Assembly: GCA_016187335.1 (NCBI GenBank)
Contig: JACPJW010000002.1
Coordinates: 32,510 to 96,509 of the forward strand
Direction: 5' to 3'
Length of the DNA stretch: 64,000 bases
DNA from: Candidatus Aenigmatarchaeota archaeon
GTDB lineage: Archaea; Aenigmatarchaeota; Aenigmatarchaeia; GW2011-AR5
This document shows positions 1-7,918 of the stretch, piece after piece (positions within the stretch are counted from its first letter, which is position 1; the number at the start of each line of letters is the position of its first letter). The notes under the pieces are model-generated. The model was not told the origin of the DNA. It did no database searches and saw only the letters and a list, made by a program, of their open reading frames with translations. The translations under genes and the position numbers were made by a program.

Positions 1-3
1 GGC

Positions 4-1461
4 ATGAAGTCTGACGAAGCGAGGAAGGAAATGATAAGACGCCTTAAGGAAGAAGGCTTGCTGGTGAAGCAGGAGCAGATAATGCACAATGTTCCCATTT
101 GCGAGCGCAGCAAGCATGTTATTGAGTACATCACGATGCCTGAGTTTTACCTGAAGCAGACCGAGTACAAGGATGAAATCCGTAGGATTGCCTACGAGAT
201 AAATTTCTTCTCGCCCAAATCCCGCCAAATCTTGCTGGACTGGATTGACTCCGTAAGCATTGACTGGGCAATATCGCGGCGCAGGTATTACGCGACGGAA
301 ATCCCGCTGTGGTATTGCAAAAAATGTAATGAGACAATTGTCCCGCCGAAAGGAAAATACTACCAGCCCTGGCGCGAGCCGCCGCCGGACAGCATGACGC
401 CCGAAGGGCGTCGAGTTCCTTTCAAGTGTCCTTCGTGCGGCTCTGCTGAATTCCGTGGCGAGGAGCGGGTTCTGGACACATGGTTTGATTCCTCGATATC
501 GCCTTTATACGTCCTGCACTATCCGGAAGAATTTTTCCACAAGCATCCCGTTTGCACGCTGAGGCCGCAGGGGAAGGAAATAATACGCAACTGGCTTTAC
601 TATACATTGCTCAGGTGCTTCCACGCAACGGGCCGAAGCATCTTCAGGGACGTCTGGATTCATTATCACGTCGTTGACGAATCAGGAAAGAAGATGAGCA
701 AGTCCGTGGGAAATATCATAGACCCCCACGAAATCCTTGAAAGATACAGCGCCGAGCCCTTCAGGTTCTGGGCAGCCATTGAAGGCAACATAACGTCTGA
801 TGACTTCAGGTGCTCTTTCGAGCGCATAGAAGGCGCAGGCAAGACAATAACGAAATTATGGAACGTCGCGCGCTTTGTTTCGTTGTTTGAGCGCCCCGCT
901 GAAAAGCCGGAACTCGCTGAAACGGACAGGTGGATAATGCAGGAAATGAACGAGCTTATAGGTTTTTCACGGAGCTCTTACGAAAACTATGATTTCCACA
1001 ATCCGGCAGCAAGAATAAAGCATTTCATCTGGGAAACTTTCGCTTCGCATTACATAGAGCTGGTAAAGAGCCGCGCGTACAACAGCGCCGGCGTCTTCAC
1101 GAAAGAGCAGCAACAATCAGCATTGTACACGCTGCATTACTGCCTCGACACCCTGCTGAAGCTCCTCGCGCCTGTGATTCCGATGATAACGTACAGGATA
1201 TACATGGACCTTCGCGGAAAAAATATACACAAGGAGAATTTCCCTGAAACTGATGAGGAATACAAAATTCCTTTCAGCACAGCGGAACTGGAGCAATTAA
1301 ACAGCGCTATATGGAAAGCAAAAAAAGATGCTTCGCTGTCGCTGAAGGCGCCCGTGAAGCTGCTGGCATTAGACGAAAAATTCCGCGTCATCGAGCATGA
1401 CCTGAAAGCCGCGCACAGCGTGCAGAAGATAGAATACGGCAAGTTCGCTGTCGAGCTTTGA
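4..1461 (+). CDS. valS: Valyl-tRNA synthetase, 3' part (gene probably begins upstream of window)
   Basis: DWAISRRRYYATEIP, DTWFDSS and KMSKS class I motifs; helical anticodon-binding domain follows; no HIGH in window. Confidence 0.93.
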   Translation: MKSDEARKEMIRRLKEEGLLVKQEQIMHNVPICERSKHVIEYITMPEFYLKQTEYKDEIRRIAYEINFFSPKSRQILLDWIDSVSIDWAISRRRYYATEIPLWYCKKCNETIVPPKGKYYQPWREPPPDSMTPEGRRVPFKCPSCGSAEFRGEERVLDTWFDSSISPLYVLHYPEEFFHKHPVCTLRPQGKEIIRNWLYYTLLRCFHATGRSIFRDVWIHYHVVDESGKKMSKSVGNIIDPHEILERYSAEPFRFWAAIEGNITSDDFRCSFERIEGAGKTITKLWNVARFVSLFERPAEKPELAETDRWIMQEMNELIGFSRSSYENYDFHNPAARIKHFIWETFASHYIELVKSRAYNSAGVFTKEQQQSALYTLHYCLDTLLKLLAPVIPMITYRIYMDLRGKNIHKENFPETDEEYKIPFSTAELEQLNSAIWKAKKDASLSLKAPVKLLALDEKFRVIEHDLKAAHSVQKIEYGKFAVEL

Positions 1462-1579
1462 CTTCTTTGAAGGTATTTATTATGACCTTTATAATTAATC
1501 AAATAATCAGATTGGGAGGGAAAGTTAGAGTTCTGGTTTCTTGAAACGACCTTTCTCTTCAACCTTGATGGTGATTATC

Positions 1580-2791
1580 ATGTCAGCCGCAGAAGAAGAA
1601 AAGATGGCGAAGATGAAGCTGAAGCTGAAAAAGCTGGTGAGAGAGCTCGCGAGAATAAGGGGCAGGCACACCGAGCTTGTCAGCGTTTACGTTCCTGCCG
1701 GCTACAACATCAACGAGATCATGAGCCAGCTTCGCAGCGAGCAGTCCACGGCAGAAAACATCAAGTCCAAGCCCGTCCGGAAGAACGTGACAACTGCTTT
1801 GGAAAAAATCATGCGCCACCTGCAGCTGTACAAATCCACGCCTGCGAGCGGCCTTGCGCTCTTCTGCGGCAACGTCTCGGACCAGGAAGGCAAGGAAAAC
1901 ATGGAGATGTGGGCGATAGAGCCGCCGGAGCCCGTGAAGGTGAAGATGTACTGGTGCGACCAGAAATTTGTTACCGAACCTTTGGAGGACATGATTGCCG
2001 AGAAGGAAATTTATGGTATCATCAATTTAGACAGGAGCGAGGCTGACATAGCATTGCTTGTCGGGAAGAAAATTGAGCCCTTGGTGCATTTTGAATCCAT
2101 CGTGCCCGGAAAAACGCGCGCTGGGGGGCAATCCTCAGCCAGGTTCAGCAGGGTCCGGGAGGGCCTGCTCAACGACTGGCTGAAGCAGGTCGCCGAAGCC
2201 GCAAACAAGATATTCATGGAGAAGAAAGAAGTCATCGGCGTTATCGTTTCGGGTCCGGGGCCCGTGAAGGACATGTTCCTGAAGGAGGATTATCTTTTCG
2301 CTGACGTCAAGAACAGGGTCATCGGCACCGTGGACACTTCCTACACAGGCGAGTTCGGCGTCGATGAAACGATACAGCGGGGAGCGGAAATATTCAAGGA
2401 AGCTGCGGTGATGAAGGAAAAGAAAATCCTGGAGCGTTTTTTCACGGAACTCCAGAAGCCTTACGGTCTGGCGGTTTACGGCTTTGAGCAGGTGAGGGGT
2501 GCAATAGAAGCAGGCGCAGTTGACTACGTCATCCTGAGCGAATCTCTGGAAGCAAGGGTTTTTGATTTCACGGACGAAACCGGCGCGCAGAAAACGCTGG
2601 TTTATGTTATAGGCAAGGAAGTCCCGCCCGGCTTTTCCATGGGCAGTTCCAAGGATATAGTGGAATACTTCGAGGACAAGGCAATCAGCTACGGCTCGCG
2701 CGTTGAACTGGTGTCCAGGGATACAAGGGAAGGCGAGCAGTTCCTGCAGCTGGGCGGAATAGGCGCTATTTTAAGGTACAGGGTGTCGTGA
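1580..2791 (+). CDS. prf1: Peptide chain release factor aRF1/eRF1
   Basis: ENIKS (NIKS) and GGQSSARF motifs; start moved from the track's TTG 1541 to ATG 1580 after a GGTGAT SD-like site. Confidence 0.97.
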   Translation: MSAAEEEKMAKMKLKLKKLVRELARIRGRHTELVSVYVPAGYNINEIMSQLRSEQSTAENIKSKPVRKNVTTALEKIMRHLQLYKSTPASGLALFCGNVSDQEGKENMEMWAIEPPEPVKVKMYWCDQKFVTEPLEDMIAEKEIYGIINLDRSEADIALLVGKKIEPLVHFESIVPGKTRAGGQSSARFSRVREGLLNDWLKQVAEAANKIFMEKKEVIGVIVSGPGPVKDMFLKEDYLFADVKNRVIGTVDTSYTGEFGVDETIQRGAEIFKEAAVMKEKKILERFFTELQKPYGLAVYGFEQVRGAIEAGAVDYVILSESLEARVFDFTDETGAQKTLVYVIGKEVPPGFSMGSSKDIVEYFEDKAISYGSRVELVSRDTREGEQFLQLGGIGAILRYRVS

Positions 2792-3498
2792 TGAAAGAAA
2801 AGGTTGACTGGTCTTATTTCCTGAAATACGCTGATATTGTGACGCCTTCCAGAAACGAACAGCTTGACACAATTGTTTCTCTTATACCTGCCAAAACCGG
2901 CGAGAAATTCACTGTTGTTGACCTGGGCTGCGGCGGCGGGCTTTTGTCAGAAAAAATACTGAAAAAATTCCCGAAATCCAAAGTCATTGCTGCGGACGTA
3001 TCCGGCCTTATGCTGAAGAATGCAAGGAAAAACTTGGCTCCGTTCGGAAAAAGGGCGGAAACAAGGAAGCTCGATTTGCACGACAAAAATCTGCTTTATC
3101 ACTTGCCCAAAGCAAGGTGCTTCGTTTCTTCTCTTGCTATACATCATCTTGATGCCGGAGAAAAGAAGCGGCTGTTTAAAGAGCTTTTCAAAAAACTGGA
3201 CGGCAAAGGCGCAGTCCTGATAATAGATTTGGTTGAGCCGCCTTCTGGCTTGGTAAGGAAATATTTCGGCGAATCGTGGGATGAGATAGCAAAAAAACAG
3301 CTGAAAGAATCCGGAACGCGCATCTCTTTCAGGAAACTGAAATCCATCGAATGGAACCATTACTTTTATCCTGATGATTACGACAAGCCCTCGCGGCTCT
3401 TCGACCAACTGAGATGGCTTGAGGAAGCAGGCTTCAGGGAAGTTGACTGTTTCTGGATGAGGGCGGGGCATGCAGTGTTTGGCGGGTTTAAACAGTAA
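2788..3498 (+). CDS. Class I SAM-dependent methyltransferase
   Basis: VVDLGCGGG motif I, ADVS motif II, SSLAIHHL; overlaps aRF1 stop. Confidence 0.9.
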   Translation: MMKEKVDWSYFLKYADIVTPSRNEQLDTIVSLIPAKTGEKFTVVDLGCGGGLLSEKILKKFPKSKVIAADVSGLMLKNARKNLAPFGKRAETRKLDLHDKNLLYHLPKARCFVSSLAIHHLDAGEKKRLFKELFKKLDGKGAVLIIDLVEPPSGLVRKYFGESWDEIAKKQLKESGTRISFRKLKSIEWNHYFYPDDYDKPSRLFDQLRWLEEAGFREVDCFWMRAGHAVFGGFKQ

Positions 3499-3511
3499 GT
3501 TTCGTGATATC

Positions 3512-3592
3512 ATGCCAGAAGAAACGTTCCTGTCGCGTCACGCAAAGAAAAAAGGAAAGGGGCGCGAATGGGAGAAGGAGAAGTACAGGTAA
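3512..3592 (+). CDS. Candidate 26-aa basic small protein (MPEETFLSRHAKKKGKGREWEKEKYR)
   Basis: ATG 3512 to TAA 3590-3592, GTGA just upstream, 13 nt after MTase stop; below ORF-track cutoff. Confidence 0.3.
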   Translation: MPEETFLSRHAKKKGKGREWEKEKYR

Positions 3593-3611
3593 TAAGAATT
3601 ATTGATAAAAC

Positions 3612-3833
3612 CTAAGCCACTTCGAATTTCGCTTCTATAGGCACTCTGAAGCCCTTTTCGATTTCAGATCTTTTTTGGAAATTGAGTATTGTAAAGCCTA
3701 TTATTTTGCCTCTCTTATCTTTCCTCACTACTATATCCTTGCCTATTTCCTCAGAAACCGCTTTTTTCGGCTTGCCTATAGAAATGTCCAAGACATCTCC
3801 ATCTTCATCATAAAAAAACGTCATTTTTTCCAT
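3612..3833 (-). CDS. DUF2283-family small protein
   Basis: FFYDEDGDVLDISIG and GKIIGFTI pattern typical of DUF2283. Confidence 0.8.
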   Translation of the reverse strand: MEKMTFFYDEDGDVLDISIGKPKKAVSEEIGKDIVVRKDKRGKIIGFTILNFQKRSEIEKGFRVPIEAKFEVA

Positions 3834-3854
3834 ATTATTTCGCCTTTAACGAAT

Positions 3855-4076
3855 TTATTTTCGGTAGATTCTCATAAATTCTTCTCTTGAAATCCCGCAA
3901 TCGTCAAGGATAGACTTCAGCGTTCCAATGTCCAATTCTCTGTGAAGCGGAATAGTAACGAAAGCTTTGTCATTTGTTATTGTTATATGGTCGCCACGCT
4001 GCCTTATGGGGCGGAAACCAAAACGTTTGTAGAGGATTTTCAGCAGTTCTTTTCCAGAAATAATTGGAAGCTTCAT
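3855..4076 (-). CDS. hicA: HicA-family toxin (mRNA interferase)
   Basis: ISGKELLKIL..FGF..RQRGDHI..VTIPLHRELDIGTLKSIL. Confidence 0.9.
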   Translation of the reverse strand: MKLPIISGKELLKILYKRFGFRPIRQRGDHITITNDKAFVTIPLHRELDIGTLKSILDDCGISREEFMRIYRK

Positions 4077-4080
4077 AGAA

Positions 4081-4287
4081 TCAGGCTTGGATTATTTTGC
4101 CCCTTTCAATGTGCACTTTTCCGTGCTCTATCATGTATTCAACCATGGATTCCAGGTGCAAGTCAATAGCTTCCTTTAAATTTTCCTTTGCCTCTTCCAA
4201 AGTCTTTCCTTGGGTTGTAACGCCTAACTCAGGGCATCTTGCTATGAAATATTTCCTTCCTTTCTTTATATTTACTGAAAGTTGCAT
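4081..4287 (-). CDS. hicB: HicB-family antitoxin (short form)
   Basis: FIARCPELGVTTQGKTLEEAKENLKEAI; directly upstream of hicA. Confidence 0.9.
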   Translation of the reverse strand: MQLSVNIKKGRKYFIARCPELGVTTQGKTLEEAKENLKEAIDLHLESMVEYMIEHGKVHIERGKIIQA

Positions 4288-4322
4288 ACTAATTATTTCT
4301 CAAACGAATATTAAAACCTTTT

Positions 4323-5105
4323 TTATATCTCCAGCCCGAACACCTTCGCCGCGTTCGCTTCTGTCGCCTGCAAAATATGCTCCGGCTTCATCTCCTTGAT
4401 TTCCGCAATAATTTTCGCGCTCTCGATTATATTCCACGGATAATTCTTGCCCTCGCGCTCAAACGGATGCAGCCACGGCGAATCCGTTTCCAGAAGCAGT
4501 TTATCCAGCGGCGTTTTCGCCGCAAGCCGCTTGTGCTTGCTGCTGCGTCCGATTATTGTCGATATGGAAATGTAGTAGCCCTGCTCTACAGCATGTAGCA
4601 ACTCCTCGTCGCTGCCGGAGAATGAATGCATGGCAACGCCGCGCGCGTTGTTGTCCGTGAGCAGCTTCAGGGCATCGCTGAACGCCGTTTTCTTTTCCTC
4701 GCTGTTGCGCGCATGTATCTGCAGAGGCTTTTTTAACTGGTTGGATAGTTCAATGAACTGCACGAAAGCTTCCTCGGCGCGCTTCCGCTTTTCCTGCTCC
4801 TTCACCCAGAAATAATCAATGCCCACTTCGCCGATGCTCACCAGATGCTTCTTGTTGTCCTTGATGAACTGGAGCACCTCATCCATTTCCTTTTCAGAAG
4901 CTGACGCAGCTCCTTCGGGATGTAGTCCTGCTGAGGAGAAAACGAATTTCGGGTATTTTTTGCTAAGGTCAAGGGATTGCACAGCTTCCTTGATGTCCGT
5001 TGCTATGTTTATGAGTGCTTTCAGCTTGTGCATTGACTCCTTGATGACTTCATCAGGATTGCCCATCAGGATAACATGGCAATGGATGTCGATGCCGTGA
5101 TTCAT
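4323..5105 (-). CDS. tatD: TatD-family deoxyribonuclease
   Basis: IDIHCH, GLHP, IGEVGID, IHAR, MHSF, LLETDSPW motifs. Confidence 0.95.
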   Translation of the reverse strand: MNHGIDIHCHVILMGNPDEVIKESMHKLKALINIATDIKEAVQSLDLSKKYPKFVFSSAGLHPEGAASASEKEMDEVLQFIKDNKKHLVSIGEVGIDYFWVKEQEKRKRAEEAFVQFIELSNQLKKPLQIHARNSEEKKTAFSDALKLLTDNNARGVAMHSFSGSDEELLHAVEQGYYISISTIIGRSSKHKRLAAKTPLDKLLLETDSPWLHPFEREGKNYPWNIIESAKIIAEIKEMKPEHILQATEANAAKVFGLEI

Positions 5106-5136
5106 GCAAGAACATTAATGCCTTCCGTTTTAATTC

Positions 5137-5769
5137 TTATTCATACCCGTGCTTGCCTTTGAGCGGCACGAAGGCGTAATAGCCAAGAAAAGTTTTCTTA
5201 ATTTCTTTGTTCTTTTCAACCAAGAACATCTCGTCGCCGACGGGTATGACGAGCTTGCCGCCCTTTTTTAATTGGTCTATTAATGGTTCGGGTATGTTCG
5301 GTGCCGCCGCTGTAACAATGATGCGGTCGTAGGGTTTTTCTTTTTCGTAGCCTTGTGAGCCGTCGTGAAGAATGACGAAAACGTTTTTGTAGCCGCAGCG
5401 TTTCAGGTTCTCTTCGGCGAATTTGGCCAATCCAGGGATAAATTCCGTCGTGATGATTTTTCCTTTGTTGCCGGCAATCTCGGCGAGGATGGCTGCCTGG
5501 TATCCGCTGCCTGAGCCTACTTCCAGTATTTTCTGTCCCTTTTCGGGCTGCAGCGCCTCGGTCATTGCAGCAACAGTCAGCGGCTGCGATATTGTCTGCC
5601 CCGCTGCTATCGGCAAAGGCTCGTTGGCGTAGGCATGGTCACGGAATTGCGGAAGAACGAACTCCTCGCGGGGAACTTTTCTGAAGGCGGCTATTATTTC
5701 TTCTGTCCTGAGAAAGCCCGTTTCGATTATTTCCCTGACCAGCTTCTCCCTTTTTTCTTTGAAAGACAT
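5137..5769 (-). CDS. pcm: Protein-L-isoaspartate O-methyltransferase
   Basis: VPREEFV, GQTISQP, LEVGSGSGYQAA, PYDRIIVTAAA. Confidence 0.96.
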   Translation of the reverse strand: MSFKEKREKLVREIIETGFLRTEEIIAAFRKVPREEFVLPQFRDHAYANEPLPIAAGQTISQPLTVAAMTEALQPEKGQKILEVGSGSGYQAAILAEIAGNKGKIITTEFIPGLAKFAEENLKRCGYKNVFVILHDGSQGYEKEKPYDRIIVTAAAPNIPEPLIDQLKKGGKLVIPVGDEMFLVEKNKEIKKTFLGYYAFVPLKGKHGYE

Positions 5770-5811
5770 TATTATATAGTGTCAGAAAGAGCATTTAGGT
5801 TTGCCAGATTG

Positions 5812-6528
5812 CTATTGTGAGATCCGCGCTCTTGACTTTTGCGCATATACAGGGATTTCGACGCACGCCTTCAGCCTTCTCCTGCCGAAATCGAGCGCGT
5901 CTCTTTTGCTCTCGAAATAGACGTCCAGCCTCCTGCCCTTTATGGCGCCTCCTCGGTCCTCTGTATTCAGAACCGGCGGAACGCCTGCTCTCTGAAGCGC
6001 CTTTTTCGCGATAGGCGGTAATGCCGTGGATTCATGGCTAGAAGGATCGAAAGCTTCTATTCTTATCATTGACCCGAACGGGATTGAAGGGTCCGCCGCC
6101 GCCATCCCGAGTTTCACGGGCTTTCCTCTGTTGGCCGCCAATCCTTTGCAGTTCATCCCAAAGTCGCAGGCAGTGTAGGCCGTTACCTCGTATTCCGAGC
6201 ATATTCCAGCTGATGCCCTGTAAGGCATTTTCTGCGGCCTGAAGTACGGGACTTTGGTGCCTCTTCCGTTTTCTTTAAAGGATTCTACGCCGCCTTTGTA
6301 TTGATGCCATTGAAAGAACGGTACAGGGACGTTCAGGTAATTTTCACCCGCAGCTGTGCTGGATTTTTCTGGAAGCGATGAATATTTCTTCTGCACGTCA
6401 ACAATGGAAGGCTTCGCAACCAGAAGCGCAGCCGCCGCCAGCAAAGCCGCAAAAAATCTCCTGCTTCTGTACTGCATAAAATCACGTTTAACAGTCAAGA
6501 AATTAAGATGACTATTAATCAGGAACAT
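5812..6528 (-). CDS. Secreted 3D-domain (MltA-like) protein
   Basis: N-terminal hydrophobic signal; VTAY, AAADPSIPFGS, EDRGGAIKGRRLDVYF with three Asp residues; start codon uncertain. Confidence 0.82.
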   Translation of the reverse strand: MFLINSHLNFLTVKRDFMQYRSRRFFAALLAAAALLVAKPSIVDVQKKYSSLPEKSSTAAGENYLNVPVPFFQWHQYKGGVESFKENGRGTKVPYFRPQKMPYRASAGICSEYEVTAYTACDFGMNCKGLAANRGKPVKLGMAAADPSIPFGSMIRIEAFDPSSHESTALPPIAKKALQRAGVPPVLNTEDRGGAIKGRRLDVYFESKRDALDFGRRRLKACVEIPVYAQKSRARISQ

Positions 6529-6757
6529 AGCGTCCCGCTAGAATATCCGGCATTCTTTTCCATATTTTTTCTTCTGCCTGCGCAGCATCATTGAGCATCC
6601 TGATTGTGTCTTCGTTTCTCACGGGTCTGTAAAATGTAAAAATCCAGAATCCGTGACGCCGGTAGTATTCTCCATCCGGGTCTACGTAATACCGCCCGAG
6701 CTCTCTCCTTCGGGGGGAAACCATCCGGAAGGAATATTGAGGATTTTTCAGGGACAT
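6515..6757 (-). CDS. Hypothetical protein
   Basis: 80-aa ORF filling the gap, co-oriented with and slightly overlapping the 3D gene. Confidence 0.5.
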   Translation of the reverse strand: MSLKNPQYSFRMVSPRRRELGRYYVDPDGEYYRRHGFWIFTFYRPVRNEDTIRMLNDAAQAEEKIWKRMPDILAGRYVPD

Positions 6758-6840
6758 TATGACAGTTGACGGGATAATGATATGAAATCATAACTTCATA
6801 CGTATGAATACAATATTGCAAAAGTATTAAAATATACTGT

Positions 6841-7239
6841 ATGCTAATTATTACAATGAAATCAAGGATTATCGGAAAGGAGTTTTGTGACCTTACCAGA
6901 TTTCTCCAGCTTAGCCCGGCGAAGATCAACATCTACAGGCTGCTTTTCATGAAGCCGATGACGATAACCAGCCTGGAAAGGAATACAAAGCTTTCCGAGC
7001 GCATGGTAAGGGGGCATATCAGGGACATGCTGCGCAAAGGCTTTGTCGAAAGGAATCCTGTCATAGAGAATAACCGTCTAGCCTACGTTTACCGCGCTGT
7101 GTCGCCGCTCCGCGCGCTTGACATGATAGAGGACATTGCGAAGAACGCCGAGAAGCTGAGAAAGGAATACAGGCACCAGATTTTGAAAGGAACAAATGAG
7201 AGCATAAATAAAAGCCGCTGGGCAATGAAGAAATTATAA
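6841..7239 (+). CDS. Winged-HTH transcriptional regulator (TrmB/MarR-like)
   Basis: PMTITSLERNTKLSERMVRGHIRDMLRKGFVER..YVYRAV helix-turn-helix-wing pattern. Confidence 0.78.
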   Translation: MLIITMKSRIIGKEFCDLTRFLQLSPAKINIYRLLFMKPMTITSLERNTKLSERMVRGHIRDMLRKGFVERNPVIENNRLAYVYRAVSPLRALDMIEDIAKNAEKLRKEYRHQILKGTNESINKSRWAMKKL

Positions 7240-7260
7240 TCCAAAGACACCTGACTCATG

Positions 7261-7566
7261 CTATCTTTTAGCCTGGGCTGGGTTGAAATCAAATTTCACG
7301 CCTTGAATTCTGCCTAAAGTCCTCTGAACTTGGCCTATTTTTCTTTCCGGAAAGACTTTGTCATATGTTACGCCGACAGTCAAGCCTGAATAGATTGTTC
7401 CTGAAAACTCAGCAGCCAAACTGCTGAGCAGAGTGTCAAGGTCACCCGTTCTTTGTTCCTGTTTTGGTTCTGGGATTCCGGCATAAATTATCGTAACCCT
7501 GTTCACGCCGGCAAAATAGCCTTCCTGGAATTCAATCCCGAATGTCAGGCTTCTTATTGGTGCCAT
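7261..7566 (-). CDS. Hypothetical protein
   Basis: 101-aa ORF in an otherwise empty gap. Confidence 0.5.
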   Translation of the reverse strand: MAPIRSLTFGIEFQEGYFAGVNRVTIIYAGIPEPKQEQRTGDLDTLLSSLAAEFSGTIYSGLTVGVTYDKVFPERKIGQVQRTLGRIQGVKFDFNPAQAKR

Positions 7567-7610
7567 AAGAGAACTTATTTCAAAGAAAAAGCTTTTATTC
7601 TTTGTCTTGA

Positions 7611-7844
7611 CTATCCCAGCTTCCTGTCTATGTCGGTCAGAATCTGCGAGACGTCCTCTACGTCGCCGCTTATGTTGGTGACAGCTTCTCCGACCTCGCT
7701 CTCGCTTTTTATCGTTGTTTTCGGCTGGGAAACGCAGCCTGACAGGAAGACCACGGAAATAAGCAGGAAAATTATCAAGACGGAAGCTATTGTTCTTTTT
7801 AGTTTATTGCTGGAAGTTCTGCTGGTTTTTTCTGACGCTGGCAT
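7611..7844 (-). CDS. Small putative lipoprotein
   Basis: Basic N-region, hydrophobic stretch, lipobox-like LSGC. Confidence 0.65.
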   Translation of the reverse strand: MPASEKTSRTSSNKLKRTIASVLIIFLLISVVFLSGCVSQPKTTIKSESEVGEAVTNISGDVEDVSQILTDIDRKLG

Positions 7845-7918
7845 TTTTTCACCACATTTTTCATCTTTATTTTACTCAAACTTAACTTTCCATTCTATTT
7901 TTATTACTCCAAGCCGGC

